This document shows, piece after piece, positions 1 through 7,956 of a stretch of DNA of 39,061 bases. This DNA comes from Dehalococcoidia bacterium (GTDB lineage Bacteria > Chloroflexota > Dehalococcoidia > UBA2979): positions 1 through 39,061 of the forward strand of contig DAOULE010000116.1 in NCBI GenBank assembly GCA_034420575.1, read 5' to 3'. The notes under the pieces were generated by a model. The model had not been told where the DNA came from, did not search any database, and saw nothing but the letters and a program-made list of their open reading frames with translations. A program made the position numbers and the translations under genes. Each line of letters opens with the position of its first letter. Positions within the stretch are counted from its first letter, which is position 1.

Positions 1-155
1 AAGGCCCACACCGGGGCCGGGTTGAGCGTGACCCGCGGGGGCTTCGCCTCGCCCGCACTCACCGGCGCCGCCCATCGGCGTCCGCGACCGGGGACTGCCG
101 GCTGCCGGTGAGCAACGCGGGGCTCCGCTTCAGTCTCCCCGGGGGCTCCGTCTCG

Positions 156-1271
156 TCAGCACGCGAACATCGACCTGATGACCGGGTCCTGCTTGGTCGT
201 CTCCTCGATGCGGCCGTCCGGGTAGCGGATGTACTCCGTGGCGCCGTTGCCCGCCCCGACGTAGCAGAAGGAACCTCCCGCCCCCGCGCCGGTCGGAGTC
301 CGTTCGCTGGCGGGGCGTTGCTGGGAGTAATCGATGGGGAGGCTCTGCAGGTCGCTGAGGGTGTCGGGATAGTCGTCGTCGATGATGGTGATGGCTACCG
401 AGGACGGGCTGCCCGCCACAACCTCCGGGGGAAGCGTTCCCAGGTCCACCCCAAAGACATCGTCGCGGATGTCCGCGTCGTGGCGCGTGGCGATTCTCCC
501 CGTGCCCGTGAGCGAGTTTGCGGGGATCGTGATCGACGCGAGGCGTCCGTAGTCGCCCGGCTCCGCGCTGAAGCCGTAGACAACCAGCGGGATGGTCACT
601 CTGCTCGACAGCGCCTCCGACAGGGTGAGCGTGATGGTCACCGGGCTGCCCTCGTCCACCCTGGTGGGGGAAGCGGAGATGGACACCGTGGGCTTGGCGG
701 CCTCCGTCAGGCTCAGCGACACCGTGTCGCCGGCGGACCAGAGAGAGCCGGTGTTGCTAATACTCAACTGACTGTTTTGGGGCCTATTAGCCCTCTGCGC
801 AAGAGTCCCGCCCGCAAGGGCCAACTGTGAGTTGCCGACGTTCAGCGTTAAGGCCGCCTTGAGGCTATCCGGGATCGTCTTGGCGAGTTCGAAAATGAGG
901 GAGTCGGTACTGGTAACATAAACGATTCTACGGACCTGATACTCCACGTCGTCGTATGTAAAGTCATTGTCCGTGAGCACACTCGTCGAACTGCACTCTT
1001 CTCCAGTAGACGCATCGTCGCAACCCACGACGTACGACGCGACAGTGGCCGTGGCGGTCAGCGTAGCGGACCAGACGGTGGACTGCTGCGCTTGGGCGGG
1101 CTGTCCGCCGGGCGCAAGGAATGCCGCCAGCGCAACGAGGGCGGCGGCCAGCAGGAGGAGCGGGGAGCGGCGGCGAGCTAGATTAGAACGTAGGTTCGGG
1201 GGGGGGGTGAAGACATGGAGGCCCCCTGGGGGCGCTCCGTGGCGGGTCGGCTTCTCTCCGTTACTGGACAT
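156..1271 (-). CDS. Secreted Calx-beta-domain protein
   Basis: N-terminal basic stretch plus hydrophobic segment (RRRSPLLLLAAALVALAAFLAPGGQPAQA) looks like a signal peptide. The central segment VSISASPTRVDEGSPVTITLTLSE...AITIIDDD matches the Calx-beta fold pattern. The 108..830 (+) ORF is its antisense shadow. Confidence 0.6.
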   Translation of the reverse strand: MSSNGEKPTRHGAPPGGLHVFTPPPNLRSNLARRRSPLLLLAAALVALAAFLAPGGQPAQAQQSTVWSATLTATATVASYVVGCDDASTGEECSSTSVLTDNDFTYDDVEYQVRRIVYVTSTDSLIFELAKTIPDSLKAALTLNVGNSQLALAGGTLAQRANRPQNSQLSISNTGSLWSAGDTVSLSLTEAAKPTVSISASPTRVDEGSPVTITLTLSEALSSRVTIPLVVYGFSAEPGDYGRLASITIPANSLTGTGRIATRHDADIRDDVFGVDLGTLPPEVVAGSPSSVAITIIDDDYPDTLSDLQSLPIDYSQQRPASERTPTGAGAGGSFCYVGAGNGATEYIRYPDGRIEETTKQDPVIRSMFAC

Positions 1272-1525
1272 GGCTGCGGCGTCCTCCTTCGATGGCGTTT
1301 CGCCCCCGTGCCGGCCACGGGGCAGGACCTGCCGGTCGGCACCTTCCCTCGGGCACGGCCACCCGGCCCGTGGGGGCTGCTGCCATCCGTAGCCAGCGAC
1401 CCAGTTTAGCGATCCGCGGATGAAGTCAGGGTGAAGTCACGCCCCGGATTCGATGAAGGAGTGGTGAATTCCGCCCCGCACGCTAGAATCATCCCCGGAT
1501 AGGCCCTTCCCGGGGAGGTGACGAG

Positions 1526-3898
1526 GTGGAGCACGCCGACCAACGGCCCCCCGGAACGGAGCCGCCGGGAGACCGCCTCTCCCGCCTCAGCGAGGCCAGC
1601 CTTCGCATCAACGAGAGCCTCGACGTCGACACGGCGCTCCAGGCCGTGATGGAGAGCGCCCGCTCCCTGACCGACGCGCCCTACGCCCTGATCATCACCC
1701 TGGACGCGTCGGGCGCGGTCGAGGACCACCTCATCCTGGGCTTCGACCCCGGCGACGTGGAGCGGCTGTGGCAGGCCCCCCAGGGGGAGCTGTTCTTCGA
1801 GTACCTCAACGCCCTGCCGGGTCCGCTGCGGGTGGGGCACCTGGAGGAGTTCACGGGGTCCATCGGCCTCGGGGAGTTCCGCTCGCCCGTCGAGCTCACC
1901 GCGTTCATGGCCGCCCCGATCCTGCACCAGGGGGTGCGCTCGGGCCACATCTACGTCGGGCACGGCGAGCCGGGGCGGGCGTTCTCCCGGGAGGACGAGG
2001 AGACGCTCGTGATGTTCGCCTCGCAGGCGGCCCTGGTCATCGCCAACGCCCGCACCCACGGGGAGGAGCGACAGGCGCGGGCGGACCTCGAGACGCTGGT
2101 CAACACCTCGCCCGTGGGCGTCGCCGTCTTCGACGCCCGCACGGGGGCGCCGGTCTCCCTCAACCGCGAGGTGCTGCGCATCGTGGACGGGCTGCGGGAC
2201 GAGGGCCAGAAGCCGGAGGACCTCCTCGAGGTGCTGACCTGCGTGTGTGCGGATGGCCGCGAGGTCTCCCTCGCGGAGCTGCCGCTGGCGGAGGCGTTCA
2301 GGGACGGGGAGACGGTGCGGGCGGAGGAGATCGTGCTGCGCGTTCCGGACGGACGCAGCGTCAACATCCTGCTCAACGCTACCCCGATCCGCGCCGAGGA
2401 CGGCGAGCTGGCTTCCTTCGTCGTCACGCTCCAGGACATGAAGCCGCTCGAGGAGCAGGAGCGGCTGCGGGCCGAGTTCCTGGGCATGGTCAGCCACGAG
2501 CTGCGCATGCCCCTGACCTCCATCTGGGGCTCGGTGATGGCGATGATGGAGTCGCCGGAGCCCGACCCCGCCGTGCTGCGCCAGTTCCAGCGCATCATCC
2601 TCGACCAGGTCGGCGGCATGCGCGCGCTCATCGACGACCTGCTGGACGTGGCCCGCATCGAGACGGGCGCGCTCGCGGTGGACCCGGAGCCGGCCGAAGT
2701 GACCGTGCTCGTGGACCGGGCCAGGAACGCCTTCACCAGCGCCGGGGGCCGGCACGAGCTCGCCCTCGAGGTGGAGCCGGACCTGCCCCTGGTGATGGCC
2801 GACCGCAGGCGCATCGTCCAGGTCATCGGCAACCTGCTCTCCAACGCGGCGCGGCACTCCCCGGAGTCGTCCGTCATCGAGGTGTCCGCCGTGCGCGAGG
2901 GCGGTCACGTCGAGGTCTCGGTGGCCGACCGGGGCCGGGGGATACCCGCCGAGGACCTGCCGCTGCTGTTCCGCAGGTTCTCCCGCCGGGAGGAACGCGA
3001 CGCGGGAGGCGACACCGGCCTCGGGCTCGCCATCTGCAAGGGCATCGTGGAGGCCCACGGGGGCCGCATCCGCGCCGAGAGCGACGGCCCCGGCCTGGGG
3101 GCGCGGTTCGTCTTCACCCTGCCGGTGGTCGAGGGGGCCGGACCGGCCCGCCGCCCCGCCGCCCGCTCGCAGGACGAGGGGCCGTCCGCGGGAACGGTCC
3201 TGGTGGTGGACGACGACCCGGTGGTGCTCCGGTCGGTGCGCGAGACCCTCGCCGGCGCCGGCTTCCGCGCGGTGGTGACCGCCGACCCGGAGGAGGCGCT
3301 GGCGCTGGTGGCCGAGCACCGCCCGCGCCTGGCCCTGCTGGACCTGATGCTGCCGGAGCGGGACGGGGTGGAGCTGATGGGGGACATCCTCGCCGCATCC
3401 CGCATCCCGGTGATCTTCCTCTCGGCCTACGGCAGGGAGGAGGTGGTCGCCGGGGTGCTGGAGCAGGGCGCCACCGACTACATCGTCAAGCCCTTCTCGC
3501 CGACGGAGCTGGTGGCCAGGGTGCGGGCGGCCCTTCGCCGCGCCGGGGAGCCGCGGCGCCTCCCTCCCGAGGAGCCCTTCGTGCTGGGCGACCTGCGCAT
3601 CGACTACGCCGCGCGCCGGGTGACGGTCGCGGGGCGCCCGGCGCCGCTGACGCCGACCGAGTTCGACCTGCTGGCGACGCTCGCGATGGAGGCGGGGCGG
3701 GTGGTGCCCCACGAGCGCCTGCTGCGGCGCGCCTGGAGCCCGGGCAAGCCGGGGAACCTGCGCGTGCTGCGCACCCACCTCAAGCACCTGCGCCGCAAGC
3801 TGGGCGACGACGCCAGCAACCCCACCTACATCTTCGCCGAGCCCCGCGTCGGCTACCGGATGCCGGAGGGGGAGACGGCCCCGGACGCTGACAAGTAG
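1526..3898 (+). CDS. Hybrid sensor histidine kinase fused to a full OmpR-type response regulator (GAF-PAS-HisKA-HATPase-REC-wHTH)
   Basis: GTG start. H-box FLGMVSHELRMPLTSI, N-box NLLSNAARHS, G-boxes DRGRGIP and GTGLGLAICKGIV. Receiver VLVVDDDP...LDLMLPERDGVEL...KPFSP. OmpR wHTH LTPTEFDLLATLA...RVGYRM. No TM segment. Confidence 0.85.
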   Translation: MEHADQRPPGTEPPGDRLSRLSEASLRINESLDVDTALQAVMESARSLTDAPYALIITLDASGAVEDHLILGFDPGDVERLWQAPQGELFFEYLNALPGPLRVGHLEEFTGSIGLGEFRSPVELTAFMAAPILHQGVRSGHIYVGHGEPGRAFSREDEETLVMFASQAALVIANARTHGEERQARADLETLVNTSPVGVAVFDARTGAPVSLNREVLRIVDGLRDEGQKPEDLLEVLTCVCADGREVSLAELPLAEAFRDGETVRAEEIVLRVPDGRSVNILLNATPIRAEDGELASFVVTLQDMKPLEEQERLRAEFLGMVSHELRMPLTSIWGSVMAMMESPEPDPAVLRQFQRIILDQVGGMRALIDDLLDVARIETGALAVDPEPAEVTVLVDRARNAFTSAGGRHELALEVEPDLPLVMADRRRIVQVIGNLLSNAARHSPESSVIEVSAVREGGHVEVSVADRGRGIPAEDLPLLFRRFSRREERDAGGDTGLGLAICKGIVEAHGGRIRAESDGPGLGARFVFTLPVVEGAGPARRPAARSQDEGPSAGTVLVVDDDPVVLRSVRETLAGAGFRAVVTADPEEALALVAEHRPRLALLDLMLPERDGVELMGDILAASRIPVIFLSAYGREEVVAGVLEQGATDYIVKPFSPTELVARVRAALRRAGEPRRLPPEEPFVLGDLRIDYAARRVTVAGRPAPLTPTEFDLLATLAMEAGRVVPHERLLRRAWSPGKPGNLRVLRTHLKHLRRKLGDDASNPTYIFAEPRVGYRMPEGETAPDADK

Positions 3899-3960
3899 GC
3901 GAGCGTGGCGGGGAGCCGCAACTCGACATGACGACCTGGACGTCGGAGGCGTCGCTGCCG

Positions 3961-4605
3961 TCAATCATCCGCAAGTCTCAGAATTGCTTCCCAATCAAGC
4001 GCCTGCCCCGCCTCACGTTCTCTCGTGATCATGTCGAAAATCGCAGGTGCCTTTGACGAATCGATTCCTTCGGCGACGACTCCGACGGCGTCAGCGTACG
4101 CAACCATCAACGAGGTCAGAGTGAAGTACGCCAACAGGAGATAGCGCACGTAGCCTCCGTTGTTGAAGCCTCCATTTCCGCGCGAGAGCGCCAGGGAGGC
4201 GATTGTGGGGTGAGCAAAGGAGTTGAGTTCTCCTTCACTCACGAGGAACGAGTGCCGACTGCGGCTTCCCGCCGCAAGGGATTCGGGCAACGACTCCTGC
4301 ACAAGAGGATCCAACGCAGCTGTAGCTGCCCTGATCTCTGGTGCCATCACGTGCAGCACATCGCCGTCCATCTGCCACGATGCCACGGCCTGAACGTGCA
4401 GGGATGCCTTACGCAGCATGGCCCGGTCGGCGAATTCGCCGTCCACGTGCCATTCTGTGCGTGCGTCCAACTCTCTGTGAGTGGCCAGCAGGTCTCCGAG
4501 TCGTTGCAGTACCTCTTCGCATCTGTCGTTGAGCTGGTGCAGCGCTTCGCTGGTCGAGGCGGGCGGTGGTGTATTCATAGGGCATCTCCGGCCATGAGCA
4601 GTCAA
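3961..4605 (-). CDS. Hypothetical protein (214 aa), distal gene of a coupled pair
   Basis: Long ORF in the lower-GC island. Its start overlaps the stop of the upstream 300-aa ORF by 4 nt (ATGA). No motif I recognise. Confidence 0.55.
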   Translation of the reverse strand: MTAHGRRCPMNTPPPASTSEALHQLNDRCEEVLQRLGDLLATHRELDARTEWHVDGEFADRAMLRKASLHVQAVASWQMDGDVLHVMAPEIRAATAALDPLVQESLPESLAAGSRSRHSFLVSEGELNSFAHPTIASLALSRGNGGFNNGGYVRYLLLAYFTLTSLMVAYADAVGVVAEGIDSSKAPAIFDMITREREAGQALDWEAILRLADD

Positions 4606-5504
4606 TCGTGAGGTTCGCTACGGGTTGTTTGACCGGCGACGAACGAGCGCTCGGCCTCACGCTTTCTCTCCAGCAACTCGATCGCATCATCGAAAGGCCG
4701 TGAGTCCTCGTTCACCGTGATCACAATGACGCCGTATCCAGCTACCATTCGAGCGAGCAGGTCGGCCAGGTAGGCAAGAAAAAATCCGAATGCAAAGGCC
4801 TCGACGTCCCTGGGAGGCTGAATGACGCCGCCGAGGACGGATGACTCGTTCAGCGCGTCTGAATCAACCTTGCAGAAGCGTTCGCTCAGGAAGTTGTACC
4901 AGTTCGCACCCCCGGCCACGACCTCCAGCTTGTCCGCGATCGTCACTCGCTTCGGCCTGCCCTGTCTTTGAACACCGATTTGCCGTCGCCCGCGGAGAAT
5001 CGATCGCTGACGGCCATCGTCGTCGAATGCGACGCCCGACAGACCCTTCAGGGTCTTGGTCACGTCGTATTCGGTGGTGTTCAGGATGCGCTTGAAGTCG
5101 CGCGAGTTCTTGTTTACCGCCAGGTCCGCCCATGACAGCACCGGCCCGGCGCACTCCAGGACCACTCGCAACTGGACCGCCAGCGAGTGCGGGTTGCTCG
5201 ATTGATCCGCCGCAAGTGCGCCAGCACTGTGAAGCAGCGCCTTCTTGAGAAAGAGCCCGCAATGATTCTGGATGTTCACCTGGGCGCCGATCTCATCGGG
5301 GTGGCCGAAGATGTGCGGGAAATCGCTCTCGAAGTCGGCTTCCGAGAGGATCCTGGATATCATCTCGGCCGCTTCGCGAGTGAAGCGGCCCATGGTTTCG
5401 CGGTAGGCGTCCGGATCGGTTACGGGCAGTTGGTTGCCCGACGTCTCCTCAGGCTGAACCCCCGAAGACTGCTGGTCTCTCGCGTTCATCCGGCCTACCA
5501 GCAC
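4602..5504 (-). CDS. Hypothetical protein (300 aa), proximal gene of a coupled pair
   Basis: Long ORF with plausible globular composition and no recognisable catalytic motif. Translationally coupled to 3961..4605. Confidence 0.6.
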   Translation of the reverse strand: MLVGRMNARDQQSSGVQPEETSGNQLPVTDPDAYRETMGRFTREAAEMISRILSEADFESDFPHIFGHPDEIGAQVNIQNHCGLFLKKALLHSAGALAADQSSNPHSLAVQLRVVLECAGPVLSWADLAVNKNSRDFKRILNTTEYDVTKTLKGLSGVAFDDDGRQRSILRGRRQIGVQRQGRPKRVTIADKLEVVAGGANWYNFLSERFCKVDSDALNESSVLGGVIQPPRDVEAFAFGFFLAYLADLLARMVAGYGVIVITVNEDSRPFDDAIELLERKREAERSFVAGQTTRSEPHD

Positions 5505-5685
5505 CCCAATCGCGAAGCATCAACGCTCACGCAAGTATGCCGCGAGGCGGGGCCAAGCCAAAGCGCCACCAGGTGGCCACATTGTTTCGTCGCAGGCGCT
5601 AGAAAAGACTGGCGCGCCTACGGCTACGGTGCGAGCGAGGTTGACGTAGCAAACGCCTGCTGTCGCCGTCGAGGCTCGGATGCGC

Positions 5686-5841
5686 TTACTTCTTCGAGGG
5701 AGGCCGGTCCTTGCCGCCGCCCTTCTGCGGGCTGTCGTCTTCCCAGTCGTCCGGGCGTTCGTCCTCGCCTCGCGACTGCCAGTAGGCGTCGTTGTTGGGA
5801 TTGAGCTGGTTGGCTCGGTTGTCGTCGCTGTTCTTACCCAT
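5686..5841 (-). CDS. Small hydrophilic protein (51 aa) with NQLNPNNDAYWQSRG motif
   Basis: ATG at 5841 gives MGKNSDDNRANQLNPNNDAYWQSRGEDERPDDWEDDSPQKGGGKDRPPSKK. A diverged paralogous copy lies at 7627..7779 on the opposite strand. The N-Q-x-N-P-N-N...YW.SRG pattern recurs in small bacterial proteins (from memory). Confidence 0.55.
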   Translation of the reverse strand: MGKNSDDNRANQLNPNNDAYWQSRGEDERPDDWEDDSPQKGGGKDRPPSKK

Positions 5842-5851
5842 GCCCCGAAGT

Positions 5852-6112
5852 CTACACGCGTTCCCCGAGCCGCCCGTCTTCATCGCCTACCGGAACATCG
5901 TCCCGCCCGGCGAACACGGGCACGGTCCCGCGCTGCCACGGCACGCCGCGCGACTCGCGGATGCGCTCCAGCGCCGTTCCGGGGCTCGGCTCGCCCCCCT
6001 TGGTGGACCATGTATGAGCCTTCTTGCTGCCCCACGCGGGGAAGGGAACTCCCCGCCCGAGGTGGCGTCTGAACCGGGCAGGGTCCGCCTCCACGGTCCG
6101 AGACTCAGTCAT
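5852..6112 (-). CDS. Hypothetical small protein (86 aa)
   Basis: ATG at 6112 (MTESRTVEADPARF...). ORF only, no recognisable motif. May be decayed sequence. Confidence 0.25.
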   Translation of the reverse strand: MTESRTVEADPARFRRHLGRGVPFPAWGSKKAHTWSTKGGEPSPGTALERIRESRGVPWQRGTVPVFAGRDDVPVGDEDGRLGERV

Positions 6113-6176
6113 GACGCCCCCTATAGCGCCCCCGATAGCGCCCCCCGTCGTGAGCGGTGAACACGACTCGGCCCAT

Positions 6177-6569
6177 CTATCCCTCAGGGCGCTTCCAGCG
6201 TCCCGCTCGGCCACGCCCCTCGGACGCGATCAGACCCGCGCGCCTTAACTCCTCCAGTGCCCTCCGCAACTGTCGCTCGCTGACCTGGGAGCCCAACTGG
6301 GCGTGGATGTCGCGCCGGGTCAGTCCGCCTTCCGCATCATCCAGCAGGGCGACAATCAGCGCGCGGCGTTCGATGGGAGCGCCTCTCCTTGTGGCCGCTG
6401 GCGGCAAGGGTTGTCCGTGACGGAAGCGCACAGTGACTTCGCCGCTGATGTCCTCGATCTCCGGGGCCGGAAGCCCTGCGAGCCGCCGTCGCCCCTGCTC
6501 GCCGGGCTGTTCGGCGATCCGTCGAAGGTTCTGGGCGGCGTGCTGGCCGGCCTGTGCCGCTCGGCGCAC
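6177..6569 (-). pseudogene. Winged-helix DNA-binding C-terminal fragment (possible remnant of a larger regulator)
   Basis: The C-terminus IERRALIVALLDDAEGGLTRRDIHAQLGSQVSERQLRRALEELRRAGLIASEGRGRAGRWKR is a typical wHTH. The rest of the 225-aa ORF is low-complexity and overlaps a better-looking + strand ORF. The only plausible internal start is GTG at 6569. It resembles the tail of AlbA_2/ATPase-type regulators. Confidence 0.35.
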
Positions 6570-6678
6570 GTCAACCCGAGTCGTCCGGCACCGCCCGGGG
6601 GCAGCCAGCCTAGACTGAGCTTCGCGGGCGCGAGCCGAGGCAGGGGTTCGCCTGCCTTGTGCGAGAGGAGGTGGACCC

Positions 6679-7032
6679 GTGATAGATGTACTCGAAGCCG
6701 TGGCCGCGGACTGGTGGCACTCAGTCACCGTGGGAGTCCTCGTGCTCGCGCTGCTGCTCGAGACCGCCGCGGCGTACGCGAGCCACAACTCCAGCATCGG
6801 CAGCGAAGCCGGCTCACCGCCTGTGCCGAGATGGTCGAAACGGTTGTGGGTCAAGAGCTACGAGCCCAAGCCCAATCACCATCACAACCACCCGCCCCTG
6901 CACTTCCCTGCATTTGACTCTCACGTCGCCGCAGTGCTGCGGGGCATTGCCCGCTTGATGCTGGGGCTGATGTTACTCGCCCGCATTGCTGCGAAGCAGC
7001 CCGCGTTGCCAGCCGTCGACCTCGGGCTCTAG
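6679..7032 (+). CDS. Possible small membrane protein (117 aa)
   Basis: GTG start. Strongly GC3-biased codons in the first half. Two hydrophobic segments (WWHSVTVGVLVLALLLETAAAY and IARLMLGLMLLARIAA). No homolog recognised. Confidence 0.3.
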   Translation: MIDVLEAVAADWWHSVTVGVLVLALLLETAAAYASHNSSIGSEAGSPPVPRWSKRLWVKSYEPKPNHHHNHPPLHFPAFDSHVAAVLRGIARLMLGLMLLARIAAKQPALPAVDLGL

Positions 7033-7626
7033 ACTCCTGCCCCTGGTCGGTGACCCACGAGGAAGTCCGTGTCTACTACTCGCCCGAATCCCCCTACAAG
7101 GGGATGGGAGAGACATACCCGCGAGAGCCGACGATCCTGATTTCGCGTTCGGGACTCCTGCCCCCAGGAGACGAGCCGGTCGACGGCAATCCCGTTCGCG
7201 CCCTCAACACGGACGGGAGATGGGAGCGAGCAAGCGCGTGGAGACTTCATCATCCGATGGCGGTTTCGTTCAACGACGGCTCCGCGAACGACTCGCCGGG
7301 GCCGGGCCTGTTCGCCACCGGGCACTGGATTGCCCGGCGGCGCTATCCTCACTCGGAGACCGCTTGTGGGGAGGGCTGCCATGGCCGTACGCCGACCCAT
7401 CGACGAGACCGGCCGCCCTCGGCGATGAGATATACGAGCGCGACATCCGCGCTGAGGTCGAGGCCGACCACCATGGTGAGTACGTCGCCATCGACGTGGA
7501 CAGCGGCGGCTGGGCTATTGGCGGTGAGTTGCTGGACGCATCGGATCGTCTGCGGGCCGAGCGCCCCGGTGCCGTCGATGTCTGGCTGATCCGCGTCGGC
7601 CACCGACTGTTCCTGCAGGGGCCGGC

Positions 7627-7779
7627 GGCAAGAGCGACCGCGACAACCACGCCAACCAGCTCAATCCGAACCACGATGCCTACTGGCAGTCACGGGGCGA
7701 GGACGAGCGTCCCGATGACTGGGAGGACGAGGATCGCCCGCGGCAGGGCGGCAAGGACCGTCCGCAGCCTAAGAAGTAG
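7627..7779 (+). pseudogene. Second, start-less copy of the NQLNPN..YWQSRG mini-gene
   Basis: Frame 1 reads GKSDRDNHANQLNPNHDAYWQSRGEDERPDDWEDEDRPRQGGKDRPQPKK and ends at TAG 7777-7779. There is no ATG, GTG or TTG between the upstream in-frame stop (7525-7527) and the conserved part. Confidence 0.4.
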
Positions 7780-7956
7780 GCCGTGGGCCCGATCGCGCCC
7801 GAGGACAAGCGGGCGCCCTCGATCTATCGCTCCTGCTGCTAGCCTTGCGTCAAACGTGGCTCGTGCCGATCCTAGGCCCGCCCTAATAGGCCGCTACCCT
7901 CGGAGCCCTACCTGTAGACGGTGACTTGTGATTCCCGAGCGAAGACCTGAGCGACC

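Noticed and set aside
108-830. 240-aa + strand ORF at the window start
   Set aside because: It is antisense to the Calx-beta protein gene, which has a signal peptide and a domain pattern. The translation is low-complexity.
1406-3964. Very long antisense or alternate-frame ORFs. Examples: 1406..3964(-), 1768..3891(+), 11583..14495(-), 21276..22442(-), 21581..22735(+), 24340..25323(+ part), 25393..27381(-), 27095..28126(-), 27289..28761(+ part), 33360..34472(+), 34542..35546(+), 35663..36448(+).
   Set aside because: They lie opposite to, or out of frame with, genes that have clear conserved motifs. Their translations are Arg/Ala/Gly/Pro-rich low-complexity strings, typical of stop-codon-poor shadow frames in high-GC DNA.
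6115-6150. Short imperfect tandem repeat, ccctatagcgcc / cccgatagcgcc
   Set aside because: Only two short units lie inside a weak ORF (they encode the IGGAIGG repeats). This is too small to argue for a repeat element or a CRISPR-like structure.
7050-7589. 179-aa + strand ORF and 123-aa - strand ORF (7029..7400) in the decayed segment
   Set aside because: Neither has motifs. Both overlap the frame that contains the only domain-like sequence (about 7420-7603). They are treated as non-coding or decayed.
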